From Eledone cirrhosa (lineage: Eukaryota), in assembly GCA_964016885.1 (NCBI GenBank), contig OZ024753.1, positions 6,448,001-6,512,000 of the forward strand: DNA of 64,000 nt, read 5' to 3'. Under the pieces are notes generated by a model that saw nothing but the letters and a program-made list of their open reading frames with translations, searched no databases and was not told the DNA's origin. Both the position numbers and the translations under genes were made by a program. Positions 52,996 through 64,000 of this stretch are shown here, one piece after another; the first letter of the stretch is position 1; every line of letters starts with the position of its first letter.

Positions 52996-53657
52996 TGTGG
53001 TGAAGCTTCTATTTAAATCACAGAGTTTTAGTAGTATATAGATGATCAATCTTCGAAAATTGTTGTAAGTACTGAGGAAATATACATAAATTCCACACAG
53101 TTGTGGTTCCTAACCAGCAAAGCAGATACCCATCTTTAACACAATATCTCTCATCCTTGTATCGGGTTAATTTAGTCTAGCTATAAATGTTTCAATGGAA
53201 TACGAGAGAACATTTGCGTTGGGCGTTAATTCAAATATGTATTTTATCAATTCTTCCTCACTCCTTTAAGCAATATTCTTCATATTATATAATGAAATTA
53301 GTATGTTTCTTTCCCAATCTAATATACCACGCGATGAAATAAATTCACGTCAGTATTTATATAGGTTAAACATTTAGGAAATGTTAATTTAATTAAGACA
53401 TTAATAAACAATGAAAGCTATCTTAATGAATACCATATCATCACGCTACAAAATTATTGCACAGTTTACAATCAATTTATACTATTTTAATGTTACTCAC
53501 TATCCAATGTTTCTATTGCTTGCAGGTATACATGGGAGTAAAATAGTGCATTTCTCTTGATTTATATTTATTAAAAATTATCTAGGCTAATAATTTAGTG
53601 AGGAAGAAAATATCTATTAAATTAACCGCAGAACATGGTTGGTATTGAAAACAAACA

Positions 53658-54212
53658 GACTGGTGCAGTCTGAAACTAACCCAGGTTCTGCTGCACTTCG
53701 AGCTGAGGAGCAAAACTCTGCAAGTACCGGTTGCTCTCCGACAGATTTGCGGTCGTGCGCTTGGCAGTGGAGATTTCTGGTGTCCTTGGCCCAAGGGCTA
53801 CCTCCTTACTCACCTCCATAGGTGCTGAACTGGCCAGCTGCAGGTGTGAGTCTCGCCAGATGGAATGGCTCTTTCAGCGTATCTCCCTTATCTTCCTCCT
53901 TGCTCTCCGACAGATTTGCGGACGTGCGCTTGGCAGTGGAGATTTCTGGTGTCCTTGGCCCAAGGGCTACCTCCTTACTCACCTCCATAGGTGCTGAACT
54001 GGCCAGCTGCAGGTGTGAGTCTCGCCAGATGGAATGGCTCTTTCAGCGTATCTCCCTTATCTTCCTCCGGGTAAACGCTTTCTCTATTCAGTCCGCCAGG
54101 GGCTGTGGGGCGGCCACAACGTGGGAACGCATTTGCTCACTAAACAGAGAGGTGGGGAGGGCGATGACGGTGGGATATCGGCTCTTCCGTGTTCAGACAC
54201 TTGCACCTGTCA
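53658..54212 (+). mobile_element. CRE-clade 3' fragment with a 169-bp internal tandem duplication
   Basis: TTGCTCTCCGACAGATTTGCGG at 53731 and 53900. Confidence 0.85.
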
Positions 54213-54309
54213 AGAGTGTGTTTTTATACTTGAGACGAACATTGAAACAATCACCTACATCCATACATGTTAGAATCGGAAGATTCGAATTATTAAACTC
54301 CAAGTATTA

Positions 54310-55133
54310 TCTCTCTATATAAAACTTAGGATGTGTGTGTGTATGAGAGTTTGAATCCCCAAAACTCGAGAAACACCCAACCGACTGTTTTCAAACATTA
54401 CACATGAAATACTTATGTTTCACGGAGTGTTCTGAGCAAAAGAAATTTCAAATTTTCAATGTTCTAGGGACCACATTAAGCGATTTAGCTCTGTAATTCT
54501 TAGTCTTTCTCTTTTTAGATAGATACATACATATAACGTCGCGCCCTTATAATATCTCTGTATGACGTCACTTTCCTGAGGAGGTCTGTCAGTGAGTTTG
54601 AATCCCTAAAACTCGAGAAATACCCAACCGACTTTTTTCAAACTTTACATGTCTATTACTTCTGTTTCTGGGAATGTTATGCACATAAAAAAATTCCAAT
54701 TTTTGATCCCCTCGGATTAGGTGAAAAACTGCGTTTTTCAGCTTTTTAGGGTTTTTTTGAGGCGTTACCTCAGACCGATTTCCTTGAAATTGGAACTATG
54801 TATTAGTCAGTCTCTTCTTCATACCGTGAGAAAAGAAAATCCAACTTTTTTATGGTCTAGGGCCTGCATTAGGTGAAAAACTTCATTTTTTTCAGGCGTT
54901 AAACCTAGCCGATTTTCCCGAAATTTCAAGGCATATTATGCACATACCCTAGGGCCTGCATTAGGTGAAAACCTGCATCATCGAGTAAAATCTTAAAGAT
55001 TATCCAGCCATCAGAGTATTCGGTTTATTTTCTTTACATATTGTCCAGGCATGCAGTTTTTCCACGATTAGGTCTGTTGGCGGCCCGCGTTCCAAAATAC
55101 CTTATCCCGTGCAACGCCGGGTACCACTGCTAG
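54310..55133 (+). mobile_element. Non-autonomous Helitron-like element (family H3)
   Basis: A|TCTCTCTATATAAAAC..GTGTGT start; CCCGTGCAACGCCGGG hairpin and CTAG end; internal ~250-bp spaced duplication. Confidence 0.75.
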
Positions 55134-55274
55134 CATATTGATAGTTTATATAATAAGATCTATTTTCTACTTTAAAACGGTTAATAAAAATTTGAACGTG
55201 AGGGTCGTTCGGAGTGGACGGATCAGTCATTCAACGATGCAGACATATTCGTTCGGAGTCTTCTGAAACAAAAA

Positions 55275-55785
55275 AAAACTTATATGGCCAATTCATAAGA
55301 GGGTGTAGACAAGCAAAATACATAAAACTAGCTACAAAACACTGGATTAAAAACCGTGACGAAGGAATTTCTATTTACAGCTCAAGACCAAAGCCTCCCC
55401 ACAAATACATAATGAAGAAAGTAACTACAGAATGTGTGGAGGTGGGGAAGAAACAATCACTGGCAGCCCAGTCTTAGCCAAAAAGGAATACATCGACAGA
55501 CATGATAGAGTAGGGACCTACATACACTGGAAATTATGCCAACATTATGATATACCAACAGATGGTACAAACACACACCAGAAAAGGTATCATATAACAA
55601 AGCAACCACTCTCTGGGATATACCAATACATAACAGACAGGGAGATCAGATATAGTGAACGACTACAAAAGAGAAATGCCTTCTAATTGATGTATGTATC
55701 CCCACAGATGACAATATATCTACCAAGGAAATGGAGAAACTATCCAAATATAAAGATCTAGAGATAGAAATAGGTGCTCTTAGAA
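55275..55785 (+). mobile_element. R4/Dong-like non-LTR fragment (zinc knuckle and REL endonuclease), decayed
   Basis: LYGQF; RMCGGGEETI..PVLAKKEYIDRHDRVGTYIHWKLC; LWDIPI; LIDVCIPTDDNISTKEMEKLSKYKDLEIEI. Confidence 0.85.
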
Positions 55786-55794
55786 TGATAAAAT

Positions 55795-56350
55795 GACGCA
55801 CAAAGAGAGAAATATGTGGCATACAAAACAGCAATATACTTGGGATGCGATGGAAAATATTCGTCGGTGATTTGGAAGTTCTCGAACGGAGCAGGTGTAT
55901 GATCTTTCGGCATTGGTTGAGGTGGTGCGGATGCCTGATGATCGTATTCCAAAGCAACTTCTCTACGGAGAACTGTGTGAAGGGAGGCGACCACCACACA
56001 ATCCAAAAATGCGGTATTGAATCAGGGGCATCCTGCCTGGCGCTGGTATTTCATCTGACGAGCGTGTGAAGTGAAGAAGTTTGATCAAGTCAGGTAGTGA
56101 ACCCTTTGAAACTCATCGAAGAGAACACTAAAAAGAGACTGTTGAGCAACAGCTAGTTTGCCAGCACCTGTGGTCGAGTCAGCCTGAATAAAGCTGGTTT
56201 GACTAGACACGAACAAAGTCATATCAGTAGACCTCGATCTAAAAAGGTGTAAGGATGAGAGGTCTTAAATGACACATGAGAACACAGTGGAAAGTTCCAA
56301 TTGCCATGTGTGTGTAAGTCTTTGCCTGGTTTAAAGAGCCCCATTTTTGA
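55795..56350 (+). mobile_element. RTE (BovB-like) 3' fragment with C2H2-like tail
   Basis: LRWCG..MPDDRIPKQLLYGELCEGRRP; CGRVSLNKAGLTRHEQSH. Confidence 0.75.
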
Positions 56351-58181
56351 GCAAGAACACATATATATGTGAGTGTCTGTATATATATATAACTTTGATA
56401 GGTTTCGGCCTGTATTGGACCAGGCCATGTCTAACATAATAGCACCATTTGTATATAGATATAGAATTAGAATTGAGCTTCAGGCATAGTTGTATACAGA
56501 TATGTATTGGAATTTCGTATTTCTAAAGAACATTTAGAGAACTGTAGCTATGCCAAAACATCAGAGGGAACAAATAATTTCTACTGCTGCGTGATTTGGA
56601 GCAATGTGAAATAAAGTGTCTTGCTCAAGACCGGTCTGAGAATCGAACTCACGATTATAAAGCCCAAGACTTTACATAAACACTTTGCGCATTGCTATCT
56701 ACCTTTTCAGCACATGCGTACTTAAGTAACTCTTAGAAAAAATAAGATGGATGCTTGAAGAACTTCCAACGTGGATAAAAAAAGATTGGATTTTTACCAT
56801 TTTTACGGAGGTAAAGTTTAATTGAAATATTTTACGTTTATTTCCTTCCATAATGCAATAATTATTTAAATGTTAGTTTCTGCCACACATTACATTCTAA
56901 TGTAGTACAACACCACATATTTTTAGGCCACACCAAATAGCGTATTCTTTTTATTATTATCTAAGTTAGTAAATAATATATTTCTAGTTCATGATATTCT
57001 AGTGTTTTGTTGTAAATTCGTTTTGGAGGAGTTGCTGATTGCTATATTCTGGATATTTTTTTTTAGATATCAACGATTAACTGTTGATCAGTTTTAATTG
57101 GATCGTTACCGCTTTAACTTAGAACCATTTTCATATTTAGTTTCTTCTGACGAAACTTCGTTCCTTTTCATCTACATTCTAAGTTATCAACAGTGGGTGT
57201 AGCTCCACGCCACTAATTTCTACTGAGTGATGTGGAGCAACGTGAAATAAAGTGTCTTGCTCAAGACAACACAAAGCCCGGTCTGAGGTTCGAACTCACG
57301 ATTGTAAAGCCCGATGACTTCACATAAATACTTTGCGCATTTATGTCTTCTTTTTCTTGTATATGCGTACATCGGGTAACTCTGTTTAAATAATTATTTA
57401 AACGTTTCTGAAGAGAGAAACTAAGAATGTATATCAAGTCTCTAAAGACTACGCTGTCAAGTTAATTTCTAAACTTTGCGGTTTTGACACATCTATACGT
57501 TTCGGCACGTGTATCCCTGCTGCCCTCTATATATACATATACACACGTATGTATGTGCATAAGTAAATATATCTACATACGCCTGTATATATATATACAC
57601 ACACAGCATGTGTACGCTGAGAGATTCAGCATATACACACATTCGTAATAAAATTCTAAGGATTGCATCTTATTTACAGAAACAGCTCTACCTGTAATAT
57701 ATATGTTACCAGCTTGACATAATTATATTTATTTCCATAAAAATTGTTCCGTATATACGTTCAAAATGACTTTAAATATATAGAAACGGAATGAGAGATA
57801 ACACACGAAATATATTTTGAGACGTGTTATCTCCCTTTCCGTTTCTATATTTTTTTTTAAAAAGATGAATAAAATTTTACCTATAAGTATGACTATTTCA
57901 CTTAGTAGAATTGCGGCTTGTGCGTGGCGATGCGCGCAACGGCTCGGACTTCGTCGGCTACGTATGTATGTGTCGTTTCCATACTATGTATCGCAAGTTC
58001 GAATCGTTGTGGTGTGCACGTGGCTACGGCGGCTGGGATGTTTGCAGGCTGGCTATATGCTGGCCTGCGTCCTAGACCACGATGAGAATCCGCTTTACCC
58101 CCTTTTGCTAAAAAATGTTAGAATTATCTCCCTTTATTTAACTCTTCTCTTTTTTTTTAATTGACTTCCGGAGGACTAATA

Positions 58182-60545
58182 TTTCAAAAACACACATTTC
58201 ATATAGAAATTTTTTTTGACTTTTCAAAAACACACATTTCATATAGAAATTTTTTTTGACTTTTCAAAAACACACATTTCATATAGAAATTTTTTTCGAC
58301 TTTTCAAAAACACTCATTTCATATAGATTTTTTTTTGGACTTTTCAAAAACATACATTTCATATAGAAATTTTTTTTGACTTTTCAAAAACACACATTTC
58401 ATATAGAAATTTTTTTCGACTTTTCAAAAACACTCATTTCATATAGATTTTTTTTTGGACTTTTCAAAAACATACATTTCATATAGAAATTTTTTTTGAC
58501 TTTTCAAAAACACACATTTCATATAGATTTTTTTTTCGACTTTTCAAAAACACATTTCATATAGATTTTTTTTTCGACTTTTAAAAAACACTCATTTCAT
58601 ATAGATTTTTTTTTTCGACTTTTCAAAAACACACATTTCATATAGATTTTTTTTTGGACTTTTCAAAAACACTCATTTCATATAGATTTTTTTTTCGACT
58701 TTTCAAAAACACACATTTCATATAGATTTTTTTTTCGACTTTTAAAAAACACTCATTTCATATAGATTTTTTTTTTCGACTTTTCAAAAACATATTTCAT
58801 ATAGAAATTTTTTTTGACTTTTCAAAAACACACATTTCATATAGAAATTTTTTACGACTTTTCAAAAACACACATTTCATATAGAAATTTTTTTCGACTT
58901 TTAAAAACCACTCATTTCATATAGATTTTTTTTTCGACTTTTCAAAAACACACATTTCATATAGATTTTTTTTTTCGACTTTTAAAAAACACTCATTTCA
59001 TATAGATTTTTTTTTTCGACTTTTCAAAAACACACATTTCATATAGAAATTTTTTTCGAGTTTTCAAAAACAATTATTTCATATAGAAATTTTTTTTGAC
59101 TTTTCAAAAACACACATTTCATATAGAAATTTTTTTCGACTTTTCAAAAACACTCATTTCATATAGATTTTTTTTTGGACTTTTGAAAAACATACATTTC
59201 ATATAGAAATTTTTTTTGACTTTTCAAAAACACACATTTCATATAGATTTTTTTTTCGACTTTTAAAAAACACTCATTTCATATAGAAATTTTTTTCGAC
59301 TTTTCAAAAACACTTATTTCATATAGAAATTTTTTTCGAGTTTTCAAAAACACTTATTTCATATAGAAATTTTTTTTGACTTTTCAAAAACACACATTTC
59401 ATATAGAAATTTTTTTCGACTTTTCAAAAACACTCATTTCATATAGATTTTTTTTTGGACTCTTCAAAAACATACATTTCATATAGAAATTTTTTTTGTC
59501 TTTTCAAAAACACACATTTCATATAGATTTTTTTTTTTCGACTTTTAAAAAACACTCATTTCATATAGATTTTTTTTTTCGACTTTTCAAAAACACACAT
59601 TTCATATAGAAATTTTTTTCGAGTTTTCAAAAACAATTATTTCATATAGAAATTTTTTTTGACTTTTCAAAAACACACATTTCATATAGAAATTTTTTTC
59701 GACTTTTCAAAAACACTCATTTCATATAGATTTTTTTTTGGACTTTTGAAAAACATACATTTCATATAGAAATTTTTTTTGACTTTTCAAAAACACACAT
59801 TTCATATAGATTTTTTTTTCGACTTTTAAAAAACACTCATTTCATATAGAAATTTTTTTCGAGTTTTCAAAAACACTTATTTCATATAGAAATTTTTTTT
59901 GACTTTTCAAAAACACACATTTCATATAGAAATTTTTTTTAACTTTTCAAAAACACACATTTCATATAGAATTTTTTTTCGACTTTTCAAAAACACTCAT
60001 TTCATATAGATTTTTTTTTGGACTTTTCAAAAACACACATTTCATATAGAAATTTTTTTCGACTTTTCAAAAACACTCATTTCATATAGATTTTTTTTTT
60101 GACTTTTCAAAAACATACATTTCATATAGAAATTTTTTTTGACTTTTCAAAAACACACATTTCATATAGATTTTTTTTTCGACTTTTAAAAAACACTCAT
60201 TTCATATAGATTTTTTTTTCGACTTTTCAAAAACACACATTTCATATAGAAATTTTTTTCGAGTTTTCAAAAACACTTATTTCATATAGAAATTTTTTTT
60301 GACTTTTCAAAAACACACATTTCATATAGAAATTTTTTTCGACTTTTCAAAAACACTCATTTCATATAGATTTTTTTTTGGACTTTTCAAAAACATACAT
60401 TTCATATAGAAATTTTTTTTGTCTTTTCAAAAACACACATTTCATATAGATTTTTTTTTCGACTTTTAAAAAACACTCATTTCATATAGATTTTTTTTTC
60501 GACTTTTCAAAAACACACATTTCATATAGAAATTTTTTTTTTTGA
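58182..60545. repeat. 40-bp satellite TTTTCAAAAACACACATTTCATATAGAAATTTTTTTCGAC, ~59 copies
   Basis: Direct periodicity. Confidence 0.98.
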
Positions 60546-61140
60546 CATTTCATCTACATTCTTAGTATCTTTTTTAAGACACTTCATCTACATTCTTACT
60601 TTAGACACTTCATCTACATTCTTAGTATCTTTTTTAAGACACTTCATCTACATTCTTAGTATCTGTTTTTAAGACACTTTATCTACATTTTTAGTATCTT
60701 TTTTTAAGACACTTCATCTACATTCCTAGTTTCTTTTTTTAAGACACTTCATCTACATTCTTAGTATCTTTTTCTAAGACACTTTATCTACATTTTAGTA
60801 TCTTTTTTAAGACACTTCATCTACATTTTAGTATCTTTTTTAAGACACTTCATCTACATTCTTAGTATCTTTTTTTTAAGACACTTCATCTACATTCTTA
60901 GTATCTTTTTTTAAGACACTTCACCTACATTCCTAGTATCTTTTTAAGACACTTCATCTACATTCTTTAAGAAACTCTATTTAGATTCTCGGTTTCTTTT
61001 TTTTAAGACACTCCATTTAGTTTATTTTTCTAGCTACTTCATCTACATTCAGATTCTTAGTTTCTTTTTAGACACTTGATCTACATTCTTTCCTAAGAAA
61101 CTTTCTTCAGACACTTTACTTACATTCTTTCTAAAGAAAC
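60546..61140. repeat. ~35-bp tandem repeat AGACACTTCATCTACATTCTTAGTATCTTTTTTTA, decaying to the right
   Basis: AGACAC at 60637, 60672, 60707 ... Confidence 0.93.
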
Positions 61141-62391
61141 TTCCTAGTTTCTTTTTAGTATGTCTTACTCAGTTTCTTATAGACTCTTGATTTCTTTATT
61201 CATTTTTGTCAAATAAACTGAACACAATTCGTATATAGTATGTAAACTTTCTTTATTGTCTTACTCAGTTTCATATAGACTCTTGATTTCTTTATTCATT
61301 TTTGTCAAAATAAACTGAACACAATTCTTATATATTATGTAAACTTTCTTTATTAACAGAAACTTCGTCATTCCGACTTGTTACAGCAAACAACATATGA
61401 CCTAGAAGGCCGGACATCTGTAAACTTTCTTTATCAACAAACTTCGTCATTCCCACTTGTTACAGCACATGACCTAGAAGGCAGGACATCTGAAATAAGA
61501 AAATCTATTAAAGTCATGTACGTACGTTGTCAATAAAAAGAATGTTTACAAAATTCTTCCGACTTTGTTTTTTATTATAGAGACATTGATGTTTCTGAAG
61601 AGAGAAACTAAGAATTTTGAAGAAGTTTCTTAAGAAAGAAAATGGATGAAGTGTCTAATGTAAGAAACTTAGAATGTAAATAAAGTTTAAGAAAGAAAAT
61701 AAAAATGTAGATGAAGTTTCATCTAGAAGAGAAATATGTGGAATACTTGAAAAGAAGTAGTGGACACCTTCCAGTAGCTAGAAGTTTTGCCATGGAAAGG
61801 AAACTCTACCAAAACGAAGAATAAAAGAACTATCAGATTCAGGGTGACAGAAACATGAATTTACCACGATTGGAAAACATGAAGTTCTTTAAGCAGTCAT
61901 CTTAAGAGTTAGCTAAGTACGCATGTGTTGAAAACGTAGACACAATGCGCTTATGTGAAGTCTTCGGCTTTATAATCGCGAGTTCGATTTTTAGACTGGT
62001 CTTGAGCAAGACACTTTATTTCACGTTGCTACAAATCACTCAGCAATAGAAATTAATTAGACATCAGTGGCGTGGAGCTACACCCACGTGTCTAATAAAG
62101 ATGTAGGTTTCTTGGAAGGAAAAAGAAAAAAAAATATAAATTGCTGTATAGAGAAGAAGGGTTTTTGTGTCTTAAGAATATCTGCGAATGTTGCCAATAA
62201 AAAAAGATATACTTCTTAGGAAGCATGTATATATTGTCAAGATGGCTTAGAACAATTTTTTAGAAGAGGTAACACTATTTGTATGTGTAGTTTAAAAGAA
62301 AGCATATATCGAGTCAGTCTAGATGTGCCAGAAAACCACAGTAAATAAAACAAAATACCTCTTCACATGAAGAAAATATACCAGATGTGAG

Positions 62392-63098
62392 AGTTATTGA
62401 CAAAGTGTGTATCTAATAAAATGTATGTGTATAGAGAGAAGGTTTAGTTTCTTAGATAGTCCTAATATACAGCAAAGAGGGTTATTGACATAAAGTGTGT
62501 ATCTAATAAAATGTATGTGTATAGAGAGAAGGTTTAGTTTCTTAGATAGTCCTAATATACAGCAAAGAGGGTTATTGACATAAAGTGTGTATCTAATAAA
62601 ATGTATGTGTATAGAGAGAAGGATTAGTTTCTTAGATAGTCCTAATATACAGCAAAGAGAGTTATTGACATAAAGTGTGTATCTAATAAAATGTATGTGT
62701 ATAGAGAGAAGGTTTAGTTGTTTCTTAGATAGTCCTAATATACAGCAAAGAGAGTTATTGACATAAAGTGGTTATCTAATAAAATGTATGTGTATAGAGA
62801 GAAGGTTTAGTTTCTTAGATAGTCCTAATATACAGCAAAGAGAGTTATTGACATAAAGTGTGTATCTTATAAAATGTATGTGTATAGAGAGAAGGTTTAG
62901 TTTCTTATATTAGTCCTAATATACAGCAAAGAGAGTTATTGACATAAAGTGTGTATCTTATAAAGTGTATGTGTGTAGAGAGAAGGTATAGTTTCTTATA
63001 TTAGTCCTAATATACAGCAAAGAGAGTTATTGACATAAAGTGTGTATCTTATAAAGTGTATGTGTGTAGAGAGAAGGTTTAGTTTCTTATATTAGTCC
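62392..63098. repeat. ~90-bp tandem repeat, ~8 copies
   Basis: TTATTGAC at 62394, 62482, 62572, 62662, 62755, 62845, 62936 and 63027. Confidence 0.96.
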
Positions 63099-64000
63099 TT
63101 GTGTACAGGGAAGAAAATATTACATACCTCTTTACATGAGAAAAATATCCAAAATGGTTTTCTTTCAAACAACCGGAAGTCAATTGAAAAAAAAATTGAA
63201 GAGTTACATAAAGGGAGATAACTCTAATAACATTTTTGAGCAAAAGGGGGCAAGACGGATTCTTCGCGTGGTCCGGGACGCAGGCCAGCATGCAAATAGT
63301 CCCAGCCGCCGTAGCCATGTGCACACCACAACGATTCGATCTTCCGACATATAGAATGGTCACGCATACATACGTATGCGACGAAGTCCGAGCCGCTGCG
63401 CGCACCGCCACGCCAACCCGCCATTCTACTGAGCACATTAATCATACTTATAGGTAAAATTGTATTTATTTAAAAAATATATATATAGAAACGGAAAGAA
63501 AGGGAAGTAACACGTCTCAAATTATATTTCGTGTGTTATCTCACTCTCATTCCGTTTCTATATATAAATTAATTGTGAACATATATACGGAACAATTTTT
63601 ATGGAAATAAATATACTTCTATCAAGCTGGTAACATATATTACAGGTAGATCTGTTTCTGGAAATAAGATGCAAACCTTATATTTTAGTAATTAGAATTT
63701 CATATACCTATTTTGGTAATTAGAATTTGATTACGAATGTGTGTATAAGCTGAATCGCCTAGCGTACACATGCTGTGTGTGTATATATATACAGGCGTGA
63801 ATATATGAGTATGTATATATATATATCTGTGTGCATGTAGATATATATATATACTTATGCACATATATAAATGTGTATATATACGTGTATATTGAGGGCA
63901 GCAGGGATACAAGTGCCAAAACGTATATATGAGTCAAAACTGCAAAGTTTAGAAATGCACTTGACAGCGTCGTCTTTGGTGGAAATTGGGAAGTGTATAG

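Larger units (their letters stand above)
57444..63977. mobile_element. Foldback-like composite: inverted arms 57444-58171 / 63173-63977 enclosing tandem arrays
   Basis: Arms align as reverse complements (roughly 80-85% by eye); no transposase or TSD seen. Confidence 0.6.

Noticed and set aside
57817-58164. ORFs in the inverted arms (115 aa and 119 aa)
   Set aside because: Frames shift between the two arms, non-ATG starts, no domain
61340-61530. Minus-strand terminal exon (TTTCAG acceptor, AATAAA)
   Set aside because: The implied intron is only ~36 nt and the region is a local tandem duplication

Overview
AT-rich eukaryotic (metazoan) genomic DNA made almost entirely of repeats. I found no host protein-coding gene: every long ORF in the track is either a (TA)n artefact or a decayed transposon. 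The tRNA-derived SINE family (core GCCTTTCATCCTTACGGGGTCGATAAAATAAAGTACCAG) and kb-scale TA microsatellites suggest an octopod cephalopod; this is inferred, not verified. Contents: RTE-, CR1-, CRE- and R4/Dong-like non-LTR retrotransposon fragments; a deleted Gypsy-like LTR element; a Tigger/pogo remnant; hAT, pogo, Tc1 and TTAA-type MITEs; three non-autonomous Helitron families; two SINE families; several mini/satellites. Most notable: (1) about a dozen type-I hammerhead ribozyme motifs of Penelope-like-element style, including a near-canonical one at 26203-26268 whose inverted duplicate starts exactly at the predicted cleavage site, and a recurrent U10.1-U11.1 variant; (2) a 6.1-kb array of four ~1.4-1.6-kb units, each with two or three long hairpins; (3) a ~6.5-kb foldback-like structure with ~730-800-bp inverted arms enclosing three different tandem arrays; (4) a hAT MITE seeding an 83-bp satellite; (5) twin-priming-type 5' inversions in RTE and CRE elements. 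All pairings and coordinates were read by eye, so boundaries are approximate.
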